A DNA stretch of 46,705 nucleotides from Thiomonas sp. (lineage in GTDB: Bacteria > Pseudomonadota > Gammaproteobacteria > Burkholderiales > Burkholderiaceae_C). The translations under genes were made by a program, and so were the position numbers. Below, piece after piece: positions 1 through 10,885 of the stretch. The DNA lies in the NCBI GenBank assembly GCA_021286835.1, contig JAJTBQ010000001.1, forward strand, positions 1 through 46,705, given 5' to 3'. The notes under the pieces are model-generated. The model worked only from the letters and a program-made list of their open reading frames with translations. It did not search any database and was not told where the DNA came from. Position 1 is the first letter of the stretch. Every line of letters begins with the position of its first letter.

Positions 1-35
1 GTGGACAGGTCTTTTCATTTCCCGCATTCGCAACC

Positions 36-566
36 ATGCAGACTGATCCCCAGACCCCCCCTTCCGACGATCCCCGAGCCACAGAGGGCGCTTCCCCGGA
101 AGGCACGCCTGACACGGCGCTGAACGACCCGTTGTCGCAGGCGCAGGCCGAGATCAACGCACTCAACGATCAACTTCTCCGCGCTCGCGCCGAGATGGAG
201 AACATCCGTCGGCGCGCGGAAGAGGAAACCGCCAAGGCGCGCAAGTTTGCGGTGGAGGGATTCGCGGAGTCCCTGCTCCCGGTCAAGGACAGCCTGGAGG
301 CGGCATTGGCCGACACGAGCGGCAAACCGGAAGTGCTCAAACAGGGCGTCGAACTCACGCTGAGCCAGCTGAAATCCGCCTTCGAGCGCAATCGCCTGCA
401 GGAAATCGCGCCAGCTCCGGGCGAGAAGTTCGACCCCGCGCTGCATCAGGCCATCTCCGTGCAACCCGCGGATCAGCCCTCGGGCACCGTGGCCAGCGTC
501 TTGCAGAAAGGCTATCGCCTTGCCGAACGCACACTGCGCCCCGCACTGATCACGGTGGCGCAGTAA
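36..566 (+). CDS. grpE: Nucleotide exchange factor GrpE
   Basis: [43 protein letters not shown] motifs; directly upstream of dnaK. Confidence 0.97.
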   Translation: MQTDPQTPPSDDPRATEGASPEGTPDTALNDPLSQAQAEINALNDQLLRARAEMENIRRRAEEETAKARKFAVEGFAESLLPVKDSLEAALADTSGKPEVLKQGVELTLSQLKSAFERNRLQEIAPAPGEKFDPALHQAISVQPADQPSGTVASVLQKGYRLAERTLRPALITVAQ

Positions 567-585
567 TCCCCATGCGGCGCGGCGC

Positions 586-614
586 CTTGAATTGACGACA
601 GAGCGCCTCATTTA
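586..614 (+). promoter_or_regulatory. Sigma-32 (RpoH) heat-shock promoter for dnaK
   Basis: CTTGAA (586-591), 14-nt spacer, CCTCATTTA (606-614); matches RpoH consensus CTTGAA-N13-15-CCCCATnT. Confidence 0.8.
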
Positions 615-665
615 CTTGACAGTCAAAATCAGCGCCAACCGGCGCGGCACATTCGGAGAATTTCC

Positions 666-2603
<1,938 letters not shown>

Positions 2604-2626
2604 CCGCCTGCGTTTGTTGAGTCCCG

Positions 2627-2665
2627 ACGGGAGGACCGCCCTTGGCGCGGTCCTCCCGTTTGTCC
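2627..2665 (+). terminator. Hairpin between dnaK and dnaJ (terminator or mRNA-stabilising stem)
   Basis: Perfect 13-bp stem ACGGGAGGACCGC (2627-2639) / GCGGTCCTCCCGT (2647-2659) followed by a short T-rich tail. Confidence 0.65.
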
Positions 2666-2698
2666 ATTGTTTTTCAATCGATCGGCAAGGCATAACCC

Positions 2699-3832
2699 GT
2701 GGCAAAACGTGACTACTACGACGTCTTGGGCGTGAGCAAGAACGCTTCGGAAGACGACATCAAGAAGGCCTATCGCAAACTGGCCATGAAGCATCACCCG
2801 GACCGCAATCAGGGCAACAAGGACTCCGAGGAGCAGTTCAAAGTGGTCAAGGAGGCCTACGAGTGCCTGTGCGACCCACAGAAGCGCGCGGCCTATGACC
2901 AATACGGTCATGCCGGGGTCGACCCATCGGCGGGTGGGTTTGGCGGATTCGGCGGTGGCACGGGCGGATTTGGCGACTTCGGCAATATCTTCGACGAAAT
3001 CTTCGGCGGCGGGCGCCGCGGCGGTGGCGGCGGGCCGCAGGTCTATCGCGGCAACGATCTGAGCTACTCCCTGGAGATCAGCCTCGAAGACGCGGCGCAC
3101 GGCGTGAGCAAGAGCCTGCGCATCCCCGGCTGGGAAGAATGCGGCACCTGCCACGGCAGCGGCGCCAAGCCCGGCACCAAACCCATCACCTGCACCACCT
3201 GCCATGGCAGCGGCCAGGTGGCCCAGCGCATGGGGCCGTTCGCCATGCAGCAGACCTGTCCGACCTGCCACGGCACGGGCAAGCTCATTCCCGAGCCCTG
3301 CACGGCCTGTCACGGCCGCGGCCGCATCCAGAAGCAGAAGACGCTGGAAGTGCAGATCCCCGCGGGCATCGACTCGGGCATGCGCATCCGCTCCACGGGC
3401 AATGGCGAACCCGGCGTCAACGGCGGCCCCCCGGGCGACCTGTACGTGGAAATCCACATCAAACAGCACCCGGTCTTCGAGCGCGACGGCGACGACCTGC
3501 ACTGTCACGTTCCGGTGAGCATGGCCACGGCGGCCCTTGGCGGCGGCATCGACGTGCCCACGCTGGGCGGCAAGGCGGAGATCGACCTGCCCGAAGGCAC
3601 GCAGGCCGGCAAGACTTTCCGCCTGCGCGGCAAAGGCATCAAAGGACTGCGCTCGAGCTACCCCGGCGACCTCTACTGCCACATCACCGTGGAGACGCCG
3701 GTCAAGCTCAACGAGGAACAGAAACGGCTGCTGCGCGAGCTCGACGAGTCGCTGAAAAAAGGTGGCGATCGCCACTCGCCGCAAGCCAAGTCCTGGTTCG
3801 ACAAGGCCAAGGAATTCTTCAAACCCGTTTGA
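2699..3832 (+). CDS. dnaJ: Molecular chaperone DnaJ
   Basis: J domain with HPD, G/F-rich linker, four CxxCxGxG repeats; GTG start. Confidence 0.99.
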   Translation: MAKRDYYDVLGVSKNASEDDIKKAYRKLAMKHHPDRNQGNKDSEEQFKVVKEAYECLCDPQKRAAYDQYGHAGVDPSAGGFGGFGGGTGGFGDFGNIFDEIFGGGRRGGGGGPQVYRGNDLSYSLEISLEDAAHGVSKSLRIPGWEECGTCHGSGAKPGTKPITCTTCHGSGQVAQRMGPFAMQQTCPTCHGTGKLIPEPCTACHGRGRIQKQKTLEVQIPAGIDSGMRIRSTGNGEPGVNGGPPGDLYVEIHIKQHPVFERDGDDLHCHVPVSMATAALGGGIDVPTLGGKAEIDLPEGTQAGKTFRLRGKGIKGLRSSYPGDLYCHITVETPVKLNEEQKRLLRELDESLKKGGDRHSPQAKSWFDKAKEFFKPV

Positions 3833-3995
3833 GCAGAACCTCGGGTCTGCCCAAATGAGCAGGTCCATGCCAAGGGGTGCGAAAATAGCGCCCTTTGCCT
3901 CTCAAGGAAACGCAGGGCCGCCCCAAGTTTCCTTGACCCCCGCGGGGGGCGGGCTGGGCAGAGCCCGGCCCTGGGGGCTCTCACACACCCGCATC

Positions 3996-5100
3996 ATGGA
4001 AGCCGAACGCCTCAACGCCATCACCAACCGAATTGCCGACCTTCAGCAGCGCGTCCAAGCGCTAAGGGGGTATCTTTGACTTCGATGCCAAGTCGTCGCG
4101 TCTGATGGAAGTTGCAGGGGCGCTCGAAGACCCGCAGGTCTGGAACGACCCCAAGCGCGCTCAGGAGTTGGGCCGCGAGCGCAAGTCGCTCGAAACCGTG
4201 GTGCTCGGTCTGGAGAACCTCGCCACGGCGCTTGCCGACCACAGCGAACTGTTCGAGATGTCCCGCGAGGAAGGCGATGACGCCACCTGCGAGGCCATCG
4301 AGACCGATGTCGAGAAGTCCGCCGCCGAAGTCGAGGCGCTGGAGTTCCGCCGCATGTTCTCCAACCCGCTCGACCCCAGCAACTGTTTCATCGACATCCA
4401 GGCCGGGGCCGGTGGCACCGAAGCCTGCGACTGGGCCAGCATGCTGCTGCGCCAGTACCTCCGGTACTGCGAGCGCAAGGGGTTCAAGGTGGAGGTGATG
4501 GAAGAGACCGAAGGTGACGTCGCGGGCATCCGCAGTGCCACGATCAAGATCGAAGGCGACTACGCCTATGGCCAGTTGCGCACGGAAACCGGCGTGCACC
4601 GCCTGGTGCGCAAGAGCCCCTTCGACTCCTCCGGCGGACGCCACACCAGCTTCGCCAGCGTGTTCGTCTACCCCGAGGTGGACGACTCCATCGAGATCGA
4701 CATCAACCCCGCCGACGTGCGCACCGACACCTTTCGCGCCAGCGGCGCCGGTGGTCAGCACATCAACAAGACCGACTCCGCGGTGCGCCTCACGCACATG
4801 CCCACGGGCATCGTGGTGCAGTGCCAGAATGACCGCAGCCAGCATCGCAACCGCGACGAGGCCTGGCAGATGCTGCGCTCGCGGCTGTACGAGCACGAGA
4901 TGCGCAAGCGCATGGCCGAGCAGCAGAAGCTCGAATCGAGCAAGAGCGATGTGGGCTGGGGCCACCAGATCCGCAGCTATGTGCTCGACCAGAGCCGCAT
5001 CAAGGATCTGCGGACCAACGTCGAGATCTCCAACACCCAGAAGGTGCTCGACGGCGATCTTGACGAATTCATCACCGCCAGCCTGAAATCCGGCCTTTGA
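3996..5100 (+). CDS. prfB: Peptide chain release factor 2, expressed via programmed +1 frameshift at 4074-4080
   Basis: ORF1 MEAERLNAI...LRGYL stops at CTT-TGA-C preceded by internal SD AGGGGG; +1 frame carries SPF anticodon mimic and GGQ motif. Confidence 0.97.
4065..4080 (+). promoter_or_regulatory. RF2 autoregulatory +1 frameshift cassette
   Basis: AGGGGG TAT CTT TGA C, the canonical prfB slippery site. Confidence 0.95.
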
Positions 5101-5147
5101 ACCTCACGGCTCTTGCCTCCCATCGCTCCGCTGAAACCCGCACTGCC

Positions 5148-7820
5148 ATGACCGCCAAACCCGACACGCCCGCCCGCATCACCCGCCTGGCGGAGTACAC
5201 CCCCCCGGCCTATGCCATCGACAGCGTGCACCTGCGCTTCGATCTCGACCCCGCGAAGACGCGCGTGCACAGCCGCATGGCGGTGCGCCGCGCTGACGGC
5301 GCCGCCGAGTCGGCCCCGCTGGTGCTCGATGGTGAAGACATCACCCTGCTGACGCTGAAGGTGAACGGCGAGTTCGTGGCCTTCCGCCAGGACGGCAACA
5401 CCCTGGTGCTCGACAAACTGCCCGAAGCGTTCACGCTGGAGATCGAAACGCTCAACGTCCCCCAGGCCAACACCCAGCTGGCGGGTCTTTACATGTCGGG
5501 TGGCGCGTTCTTCACCCAATGTGAGGCCGAGGGCTTTCGCCGCATCACCTATTGGCCGGACCGCCCGGATGTGATGAGCCGCTTCCACGTCACCCTGCGC
5601 GCCGACAAGGCGCAGTACCCGGTGCTGCTTTCCAACGGCAATCTGGTGTCACAGGCCGACCTGGACGGCGGCCGCCATGAGGCGGTGTGGGACGACCCGT
5701 TTCCCAAGCCCTGCTATTTGTTCGCGCTGGTCGGCGGCAATCTGGTGTGCCGCGAACAGACCGTGCGTGCCGCCTCGGGCAAGACGCATCTGCTGCAGGT
5801 CTATGTGCGCGCGGGCGATCTCGACAAGACCGAGCACGCGATGGAGTCGCTCATCAAGTCGATCGCGTGGGACGAACAGCGCTTCGGCCTGAGCCTCGAT
5901 CTGGATCGTTTCATGATCGTTGCCGTGAGCGACTTCAACATGGGGGCCATGGAAAACAAGGGCCTCAACATCTTCAATACCAAGTATGTGCTGGCCAATC
6001 CGGCCACCGCCACCGATGCCGACTACGACGGCATCGAAAGCGTGGTCGGCCACGAGTATTTCCACAACTGGACGGGCGACCGCATCACCTGCCGCGACTG
6101 GTTCCAACTCAGTCTCAAGGAAGGCCTCACCGTCTTCCGCGACCAGGAATTCAGCCAGGACCTGGCCGCCGCTTCGGGCGGTGAATCCGCGCGCGCGGTC
6201 AAGCGCATCGAGGACGTGCGGGTGCTGCGTACCGCGCAGTTTTCCGAGGACGCGGGCCCGATGGCGCATCCGGTGCGCCCCGAGCAATACCAGGCCATCG
6301 ACAATTTCTACACCGCCACCGTCTATGAGAAGGGCGCCGAAGTGGTCCGCATGATGCAGACCCTGGTGGGCCGCGCCGGTTTCCGCAAGGGAATGGATCT
6401 GTACTTCCAGCGCTTCGACGGCCAGGCCGTGACCTGCGACGACTTTGCCCAGGCCATGGCCGATGCCAACCCGCAGTCGGCTCTGGCCTCGCACCTGATC
6501 GCTTTCAAGCGCTGGTACAGCCAGGCCGGCACGCCGCGCCTGCACGCCAGCGGCGCGCTCGATTCGGCCGCCCGCACCTACACCCTCACGCTGCGTCAAA
6601 CCCTGCCCGACACGCCCGGCCAGTCGAGCAAGCAGCCGCAGGTCATTCCTGTCGCCATGGGCTTGCTCGATGCCCGGGGTGGCGCCCTGCCCCTGTGGCT
6701 GCAAGGCCAGGACAAGGGCACCTCGACCGTGCTCGTGCTCGCCGCTGCCGAGCAGACCTTCGTCTTCGAGCAGATCGATGCCGACACCGTCACCCCTTCG
6801 TTGCTGCGCGGATTCTCGGCCCCGGTGATCCTCGACTACGCCTACACCGATGCCGAGTTGCTGCATCTGCTCGCCCATGACGCCGACCCGTTCAACCGCT
6901 GGGAAGCGGCGCAGCGGCTGACGCTGTCGCGCGTACTGGCCGCCGTTCGCGGCGAGGCGCTGCGTCTCGACGCCCCTTATCTCGACGCTCTGCGCGCCGT
7001 GCTCCGCGACCCGAAGCTCGATCCCGCATTCAAGGATCTGCTGCTCACCCCGCCGGGCGAGGCCTACATCGCCGAACAGCTCGAAGAGGTCGACCCTCCT
7101 CGCATCCACCGCGCCCGCCAGGCGCTGCGCACCGCGCTGGCCCGGGAACTCGAACCGGACTGGCAAACGCTCTGGGACACCCTCGCCACCGAAGGCGGTT
7201 ACAGCCCCGATTTCGCCAGCGCCGGCCGCCGCGCCCTGCGCAATCAGGCCCAGGCGCATTTGTGCGAACTGGGACAGGCGACTTGGCTGGGACGGGTCTA
7301 TCAGCGTGTCAAGGATGCCGACAACATGACCGACCGCTTCGCCGCGCTGACCGCTCTGGTGCATGTCGGCGCCGATCTGGCCAAGTCGGCGCTTGAGCGC
7401 TTCGCCGCCCAGTTCGCCGAGGAAGCCCTGGTCATGGACAAATGGTTCGCGCTGCAGGCCGGCGCGCCCGACCGCGACGGTCTGCAGCTCGAGCGCGTGC
7501 GCGCGCTGATGCGGCACCCGGCCTTCTCGCTGCACAACCCCAACCGCGCGCGCAGCGTGCTGTTCGCCTACTGCCAGGCCAATCCAGGCGCCTTCCACCG
7601 TGCCGACGGTGCGGGCTACGCGTTCTGGGCCGAACAGGTTCAGGCGCTCGATGCCATCAACCCGCAGATCGCCGCCCGGCTGGCACGGGCACTCGACCGC
7701 TGGCGCAAACTCGCACCCCCGTATCGCGATGCCGCGCAACAGGCGCTGCGCACCGTGGCAGACAGTGCCACGCTGTCTTCCGACACCCGAGAAATCATCG
7801 AACGTGCCCTGGCCAACTGA
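5148..7820 (+). CDS. pepN: Aminopeptidase N (peptidase M1)
   Basis: GAMENKG and HEYFH-x18-E zinc motifs, [12 protein letters not shown]; ATG at 5148 chosen over TTG at 5097. Confidence 0.96.
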   Translation: MTAKPDTPARITRLAEYTPPAYAIDSVHLRFDLDPAKTRVHSRMAVRRADGAAESAPLVLDGEDITLLTLKVNGEFVAFRQDGNTLVLDKLPEAFTLEIETLNVPQANTQLAGLYMSGGAFFTQCEAEGFRRITYWPDRPDVMSRFHVTLRADKAQYPVLLSNGNLVSQADLDGGRHEAVWDDPFPKPCYLFALVGGNLVCREQTVRAASGKTHLLQVYVRAGDLDKTEHAMESLIKSIAWDEQRFGLSLDLDRFMIVAVSDFNMGAMENKGLNIFNTKYVLANPATATDADYDGIESVVGHEYFHNWTGDRITCRDWFQLSLKEGLTVFRDQEFSQDLAAASGGESARAVKRIEDVRVLRTAQFSEDAGPMAHPVRPEQYQAIDNFYTATVYEKGAEVVRMMQTLVGRAGFRKGMDLYFQRFDGQAVTCDDFAQAMADANPQSALASHLIAFKRWYSQAGTPRLHASGALDSAARTYTLTLRQTLPDTPGQSSKQPQVIPVAMGLLDARGGALPLWLQGQDKGTSTVLVLAAAEQTFVFEQIDADTVTPSLLRGFSAPVILDYAYTDAELLHLLAHDADPFNRWEAAQRLTLSRVLAAVRGEALRLDAPYLDALRAVLRDPKLDPAFKDLLLTPPGEAYIAEQLEEVDPPRIHRARQALRTALARELEPDWQTLWDTLATEGGYSPDFASAGRRALRNQAQAHLCELGQATWLGRVYQRVKDADNMTDRFAALTALVHVGADLAKSALERFAAQFAEEALVMDKWFALQAGAPDRDGLQLERVRALMRHPAFSLHNPNRARSVLFAYCQANPGAFHRADGAGYAFWAEQVQALDAINPQIAARLARALDRWRKLAPPYRDAAQQALRTVADSATLSSDTREIIERALAN

Positions 7821-7855
7821 TCGCGGCGCGCCCCTTTCCTTCCAGAGACTCCCCC

Positions 7856-8866
7856 ATGACCCAATCCGTCAACCTCACCCGCTACCTCGTTGAACAGGAA
7901 CGCGAGCATGGCGCCATCACCCCGCATCTGCGCCTGCTCGTCGAAGTCGTCGCGCGTGCCTGCAAACGCATCAGCATTGCCGTGAACAAGGGCGCCCTGG
8001 GCGACGTGCTCGGCTCCGCCGGCACCGGCAACGTGCAGGGCGAAGTGCAGAAAAAGCTCGACGTCATCGCCAACGACGTGCTGATCCACGCCAACGAGTG
8101 GGGCGGACACCTGGCCGCCATGGCCTCGGAAGAAATGGACACCGTGTTCCCGGTGTCGGAACACTACCCGCGCGGCGAATACCTGTTGCTGTTCGACCCG
8201 CTCGACGGCTCCTCCAACATCGACGTCGACGTCACCATCGGCACCATTTTTTCCGTGCTTCAGCTGCCCGGCAACGTCGGGGAAGTCAGCGAAGCGCAGT
8301 TCCTTCAGGCAGGCGCCAGGCAGGTTGCCGCGGGTTACTGCGTGTATGGCCCGCAAACCCAACTCGTCCTCACCGTGGGCCATGGCGTGGCGGTCTTCAC
8401 CCTCGATCGCGAACAGGGCAGCTTCGTGCTCACGCAAGACGACCTGAAGATTCCCGCCAGCACCAGCGAGTTCTCCATCAATATGTCGAACCTGCGACAC
8501 TGGGCGCCCCCGGTGAAGCGTTACATCGACGAATGCCTGCAAGGCAAGGACGGCCCGCGCGGACGCGACTTCAACATGCGCTGGGTGGGCAGCATGGTGG
8601 CCGACGTGCATCGCATTCTCATGCGTGGCGGCGTGTTCCTCTATCCGTGGGACCAGCGCGAGCCGAACAAACCCGGCAAGCTGCGCCTGCTGTACGAAGC
8701 CAATCCCATGAGCTTGCTGGTGGAACAGGCCGGCGGCGCGGCAACGAATGGCAAGCAGCGCATTCTCGACATCGCGCCCACCTCTCTGCACGAACGTTGC
8801 AGCGTGATGCTGGGCTCGCGTGAAGAGGTCGAGCTGCTGCAGCGTTACCACGCCGAATCCGCCTGA
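7856..8866 (+). CDS. fbp: Class 1 fructose-1,6-bisphosphatase
   Basis: [22 protein letters not shown] motifs; ATG at 7856 within ORF 7442..8866. Confidence 0.96.
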   Translation: MTQSVNLTRYLVEQEREHGAITPHLRLLVEVVARACKRISIAVNKGALGDVLGSAGTGNVQGEVQKKLDVIANDVLIHANEWGGHLAAMASEEMDTVFPVSEHYPRGEYLLLFDPLDGSSNIDVDVTIGTIFSVLQLPGNVGEVSEAQFLQAGARQVAAGYCVYGPQTQLVLTVGHGVAVFTLDREQGSFVLTQDDLKIPASTSEFSINMSNLRHWAPPVKRYIDECLQGKDGPRGRDFNMRWVGSMVADVHRILMRGGVFLYPWDQREPNKPGKLRLLYEANPMSLLVEQAGGAATNGKQRILDIAPTSLHERCSVMLGSREEVELLQRYHAESA

Positions 8867-8909
8867 ATTGGAGACCAGGCCCCGCCACTGATATAGAATG
8901 GCGGGCTTC

Positions 8910-8985
8910 GCCGGTGTAGCTCAGTTGGTAGAGCAGCGCATTCGTAATGCGAAGGTCGAGGGTTCGACTCCTTTCACCGGCACCA
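8910..8985 (+). tRNA. tRNA-Thr (anticodon CGT)
   Basis: 76 nt cloverleaf: GCCGGTG/CACCGGC acceptor stem, TAGCTCAGTTGGTAGAGC D arm, TTCGTAA anticodon loop, GGTTCGACTCC T arm, encoded CCA; TAGAAT -10-like box at 8894-8899. Confidence 0.97.
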
Positions 8986-9002
8986 TAAAACAAGCCCACC
9001 CT

Positions 9003-9034
9003 ACAAAGCCCGCCGTTTGGCGGGCTTTGTTTTG
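9003..9034. terminator. Bidirectional intrinsic terminator between tRNA-Thr and the chemoreceptor gene
   Basis: ACAAAGCCCGCC (9003-9014) GTTT GGCGGGCTTTGT (9019-9030) then TTTG; T-rich on both strands between convergent genes. Confidence 0.85.
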
Positions 9035-9044
9035 CGAGTCGTGT

Positions 9045-10643
9045 TCAGAACCGCACGAATCCCTCTGCCGAAGCCAGCCTGGCCGCGACGGGGACGGGCG
9101 GCGGGGTGTGCTTCACGCTGGGCTTCGCAGCGACCACTCTCGGCTCCGCGTCGTTCAGCTTGAACTGATTCACCGCATCCTGAAGTTGCTGCGCCTGGGC
9201 GTTCATCTCCTCGGCCGTTGCCGCCAGTTCTTCGGAGGCTGATGCATTTTGCTGCGTCACCTCCGAGAGCTGAGAGACCGCCTGATTGATCTGCTGGATG
9301 CCGGTGGACTGCTCCTCGGACGCAGCCTTGATCTCCTGCACCAGATCGGATGTTTTCGCAATGGCCGGCACCACCTGATCCAGCAGATGGCCCGCCGTTT
9401 CGGCCTGTCCCACGGAAGAAGACGCCAGATCGCCGATCTCCTTGGCGGCCGCCTGGCTTTTCTCCGCCAGCTTGCGAACTTCCGCGGCGACCACGGCGAA
9501 GCCCTTGCCGTGCGCACCGGCACGCGCCGCCTCGATGGCCGCATTGAGCGCCAGCATATTGGTCTGATAGGCAATGTCGTCGACCACGGAGATGCGCTCG
9601 GCGATGCTCTGCATGGCTGAGACCGTGGCTTGAACCGCCGTGCCTCCCTGCTGCGCCTGCTGTGTGGCTTGCTGCGCCATGGCGTCGGTCAAACGGGCGT
9701 TGTCGGCGTTCTGGCTTATCGAGGCGGCCGACTGCTCCAGCGTCGCCGAGGTTTCCTCGATCGAGGCCGCTTGCTCGGAGGTCGCCTGGGCCAGGCTTTG
9801 CGAAGTGGCGGAGACTTGAGTCGAGGCCGAGGAAAGCAGATCGGCCGCGGATCGCACGGAATGAAGCGTTGCCGTCAACCGCCCGACCATGTCCGACATC
9901 GCATCCAGCAACTGACCGGTTTCATCGCGGGTCGTCGCTCCGATCTGCACCGTGAGGTCGCCCGCGGCCACCCGCTTGGCAACGGTGACCGCAGTGCCGA
10001 GAGGACGGGTGATGGATCGGGTCAGCGCAAAGCCAAACACCATGGCGAGAACCATCGCAAAAATCGCCGCGCCAAGCGATGAATCGAGTGCAAGGCCGTA
10101 AGCAGAGTCAGCGTGCTGCGTGGCAACGCCGAAAAGCCCGACAAAGTGATCGTCCAGCAGGCGCAGATCCGACCTGACCGCGTCTTCATCGGGTTTGACC
10201 TTCTGCCTGAAAACCCCCATGGCGTCGCCATTCGCCGACTGCGTGCTGGCGCAGAACTGCATGGCCCGATCAAACGTCTGCAATCGGGTGGCGGTCTGTG
10301 CCAAGAGTTGCCGGCTCCTGTCGCTTCGAACTTCGCCTCCCAGTCTTTGCAGGTCGGTCTGGGCGGCCTGCTCGCTGGTTTGAATCTTGTTCTGTATCTG
10401 CGCGCGCTCTGCAGCGTCCTGGGTCAGAAGCAGATCCCTGCAGTCGGATGCCATCTGAATGGCGGCAGACCGGATCTCGCTCACACTGTGTGCTTGCGGC
10501 CAGGCTGTTCGGGTGGCCTCGTCCGTAGCGCGTTTCATCGACTGCACACTCCATACGGCGATGGCCGCAAGAGCGATCAACATGGCCACCATCGTGCCAA
10601 AGCCTATCCCTAGGCGTGTACCTATCTTGAAGTTTTGAAGCAT
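9045..10643 (-). CDS. Methyl-accepting chemotaxis protein (TM - periplasmic helical-bundle sensor - TM - HAMP - signalling domain)
   Basis: [20 protein letters not shown]...[13 protein letters not shown] hairpin tip; HAMP ITRPL...GDLT...DETGQL; C-terminal GFVRF; ATG at 10643 with GGAG SD. Confidence 0.95.
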   Translation of the reverse strand: MLQNFKIGTRLGIGFGTMVAMLIALAAIAVWSVQSMKRATDEATRTAWPQAHSVSEIRSAAIQMASDCRDLLLTQDAAERAQIQNKIQTSEQAAQTDLQRLGGEVRSDRSRQLLAQTATRLQTFDRAMQFCASTQSANGDAMGVFRQKVKPDEDAVRSDLRLLDDHFVGLFGVATQHADSAYGLALDSSLGAAIFAMVLAMVFGFALTRSITRPLGTAVTVAKRVAAGDLTVQIGATTRDETGQLLDAMSDMVGRLTATLHSVRSAADLLSSASTQVSATSQSLAQATSEQAASIEETSATLEQSAASISQNADNARLTDAMAQQATQQAQQGGTAVQATVSAMQSIAERISVVDDIAYQTNMLALNAAIEAARAGAHGKGFAVVAAEVRKLAEKSQAAAKEIGDLASSSVGQAETAGHLLDQVVPAIAKTSDLVQEIKAASEEQSTGIQQINQAVSQLSEVTQQNASASEELAATAEEMNAQAQQLQDAVNQFKLNDAEPRVVAAKPSVKHTPPPVPVAARLASAEGFVRF

Positions 10644-10783
10644 TGCTCCCCCCGAAGCAGTTGATATGAATGGACAGCTCACCGCGTGAGCAATGTCCTT
10701 TGCATGCTCAGCGGGTTTGACGCAGAAACCCGCTGATGGCTCAACGACTCGAATGAGCGACACTTCAACATCGAAACGTAATC

Positions 10784-10806
10784 AATGTAAACACGGAATT
10801 TACATT
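10784..10806. promoter_or_regulatory. Palindromic putative transcription-factor operator upstream of the chemoreceptor
   Basis: AATGTAAA-N7-TTTACATT perfect 8-bp inverted repeat in an AT-rich patch. Confidence 0.55.
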
Positions 10807-10885
10807 TATCAGGGCTCGGGGGCACTCAAGGCGAGGCTGTACAAGTTCCCGCGATGGCGTGCGCGAATGGCTTGTCAGCCTTGCC

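Noticed and set aside
567-665. CIRCE (HrcA) element before dnaK
   Set aside because: No TTAGCACTC-N9-GAGTGCTAA match; a sigma-32 promoter explains the region
3762-4079. 105-aa ORF or apparent prfB pseudogene split
   Set aside because: Only its last 27 codons are real (RF2 N-terminus); the break is the programmed frameshift
7442-7855. N-terminal extensions in the ORF track for fbp, amn, rfaE1, lapB, purM, Nudix and pelA
   Set aside because: Extensions overlap neighbouring genes or intergenic signals and look non-coding; downstream starts match family N-termini
8898-9242. 114-aa ORF
   Set aside because: Overlaps tRNA-Thr, the terminator and the antisense of the MCP; spurious
10644-10810. c-di-GMP-I riboswitch or sigma-28 promoter for the chemoreceptor
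   Set aside because: No GNRA tetraloop/receptor architecture and no convincing TAAA-N15-GCCGATAA match; kept only as an unnamed structured leader
8960-10885. Prophage or genomic island integrated at tRNA-Thr
   Set aside because: No integrase, no phage genes and no duplicated tRNA 3' end found by eye
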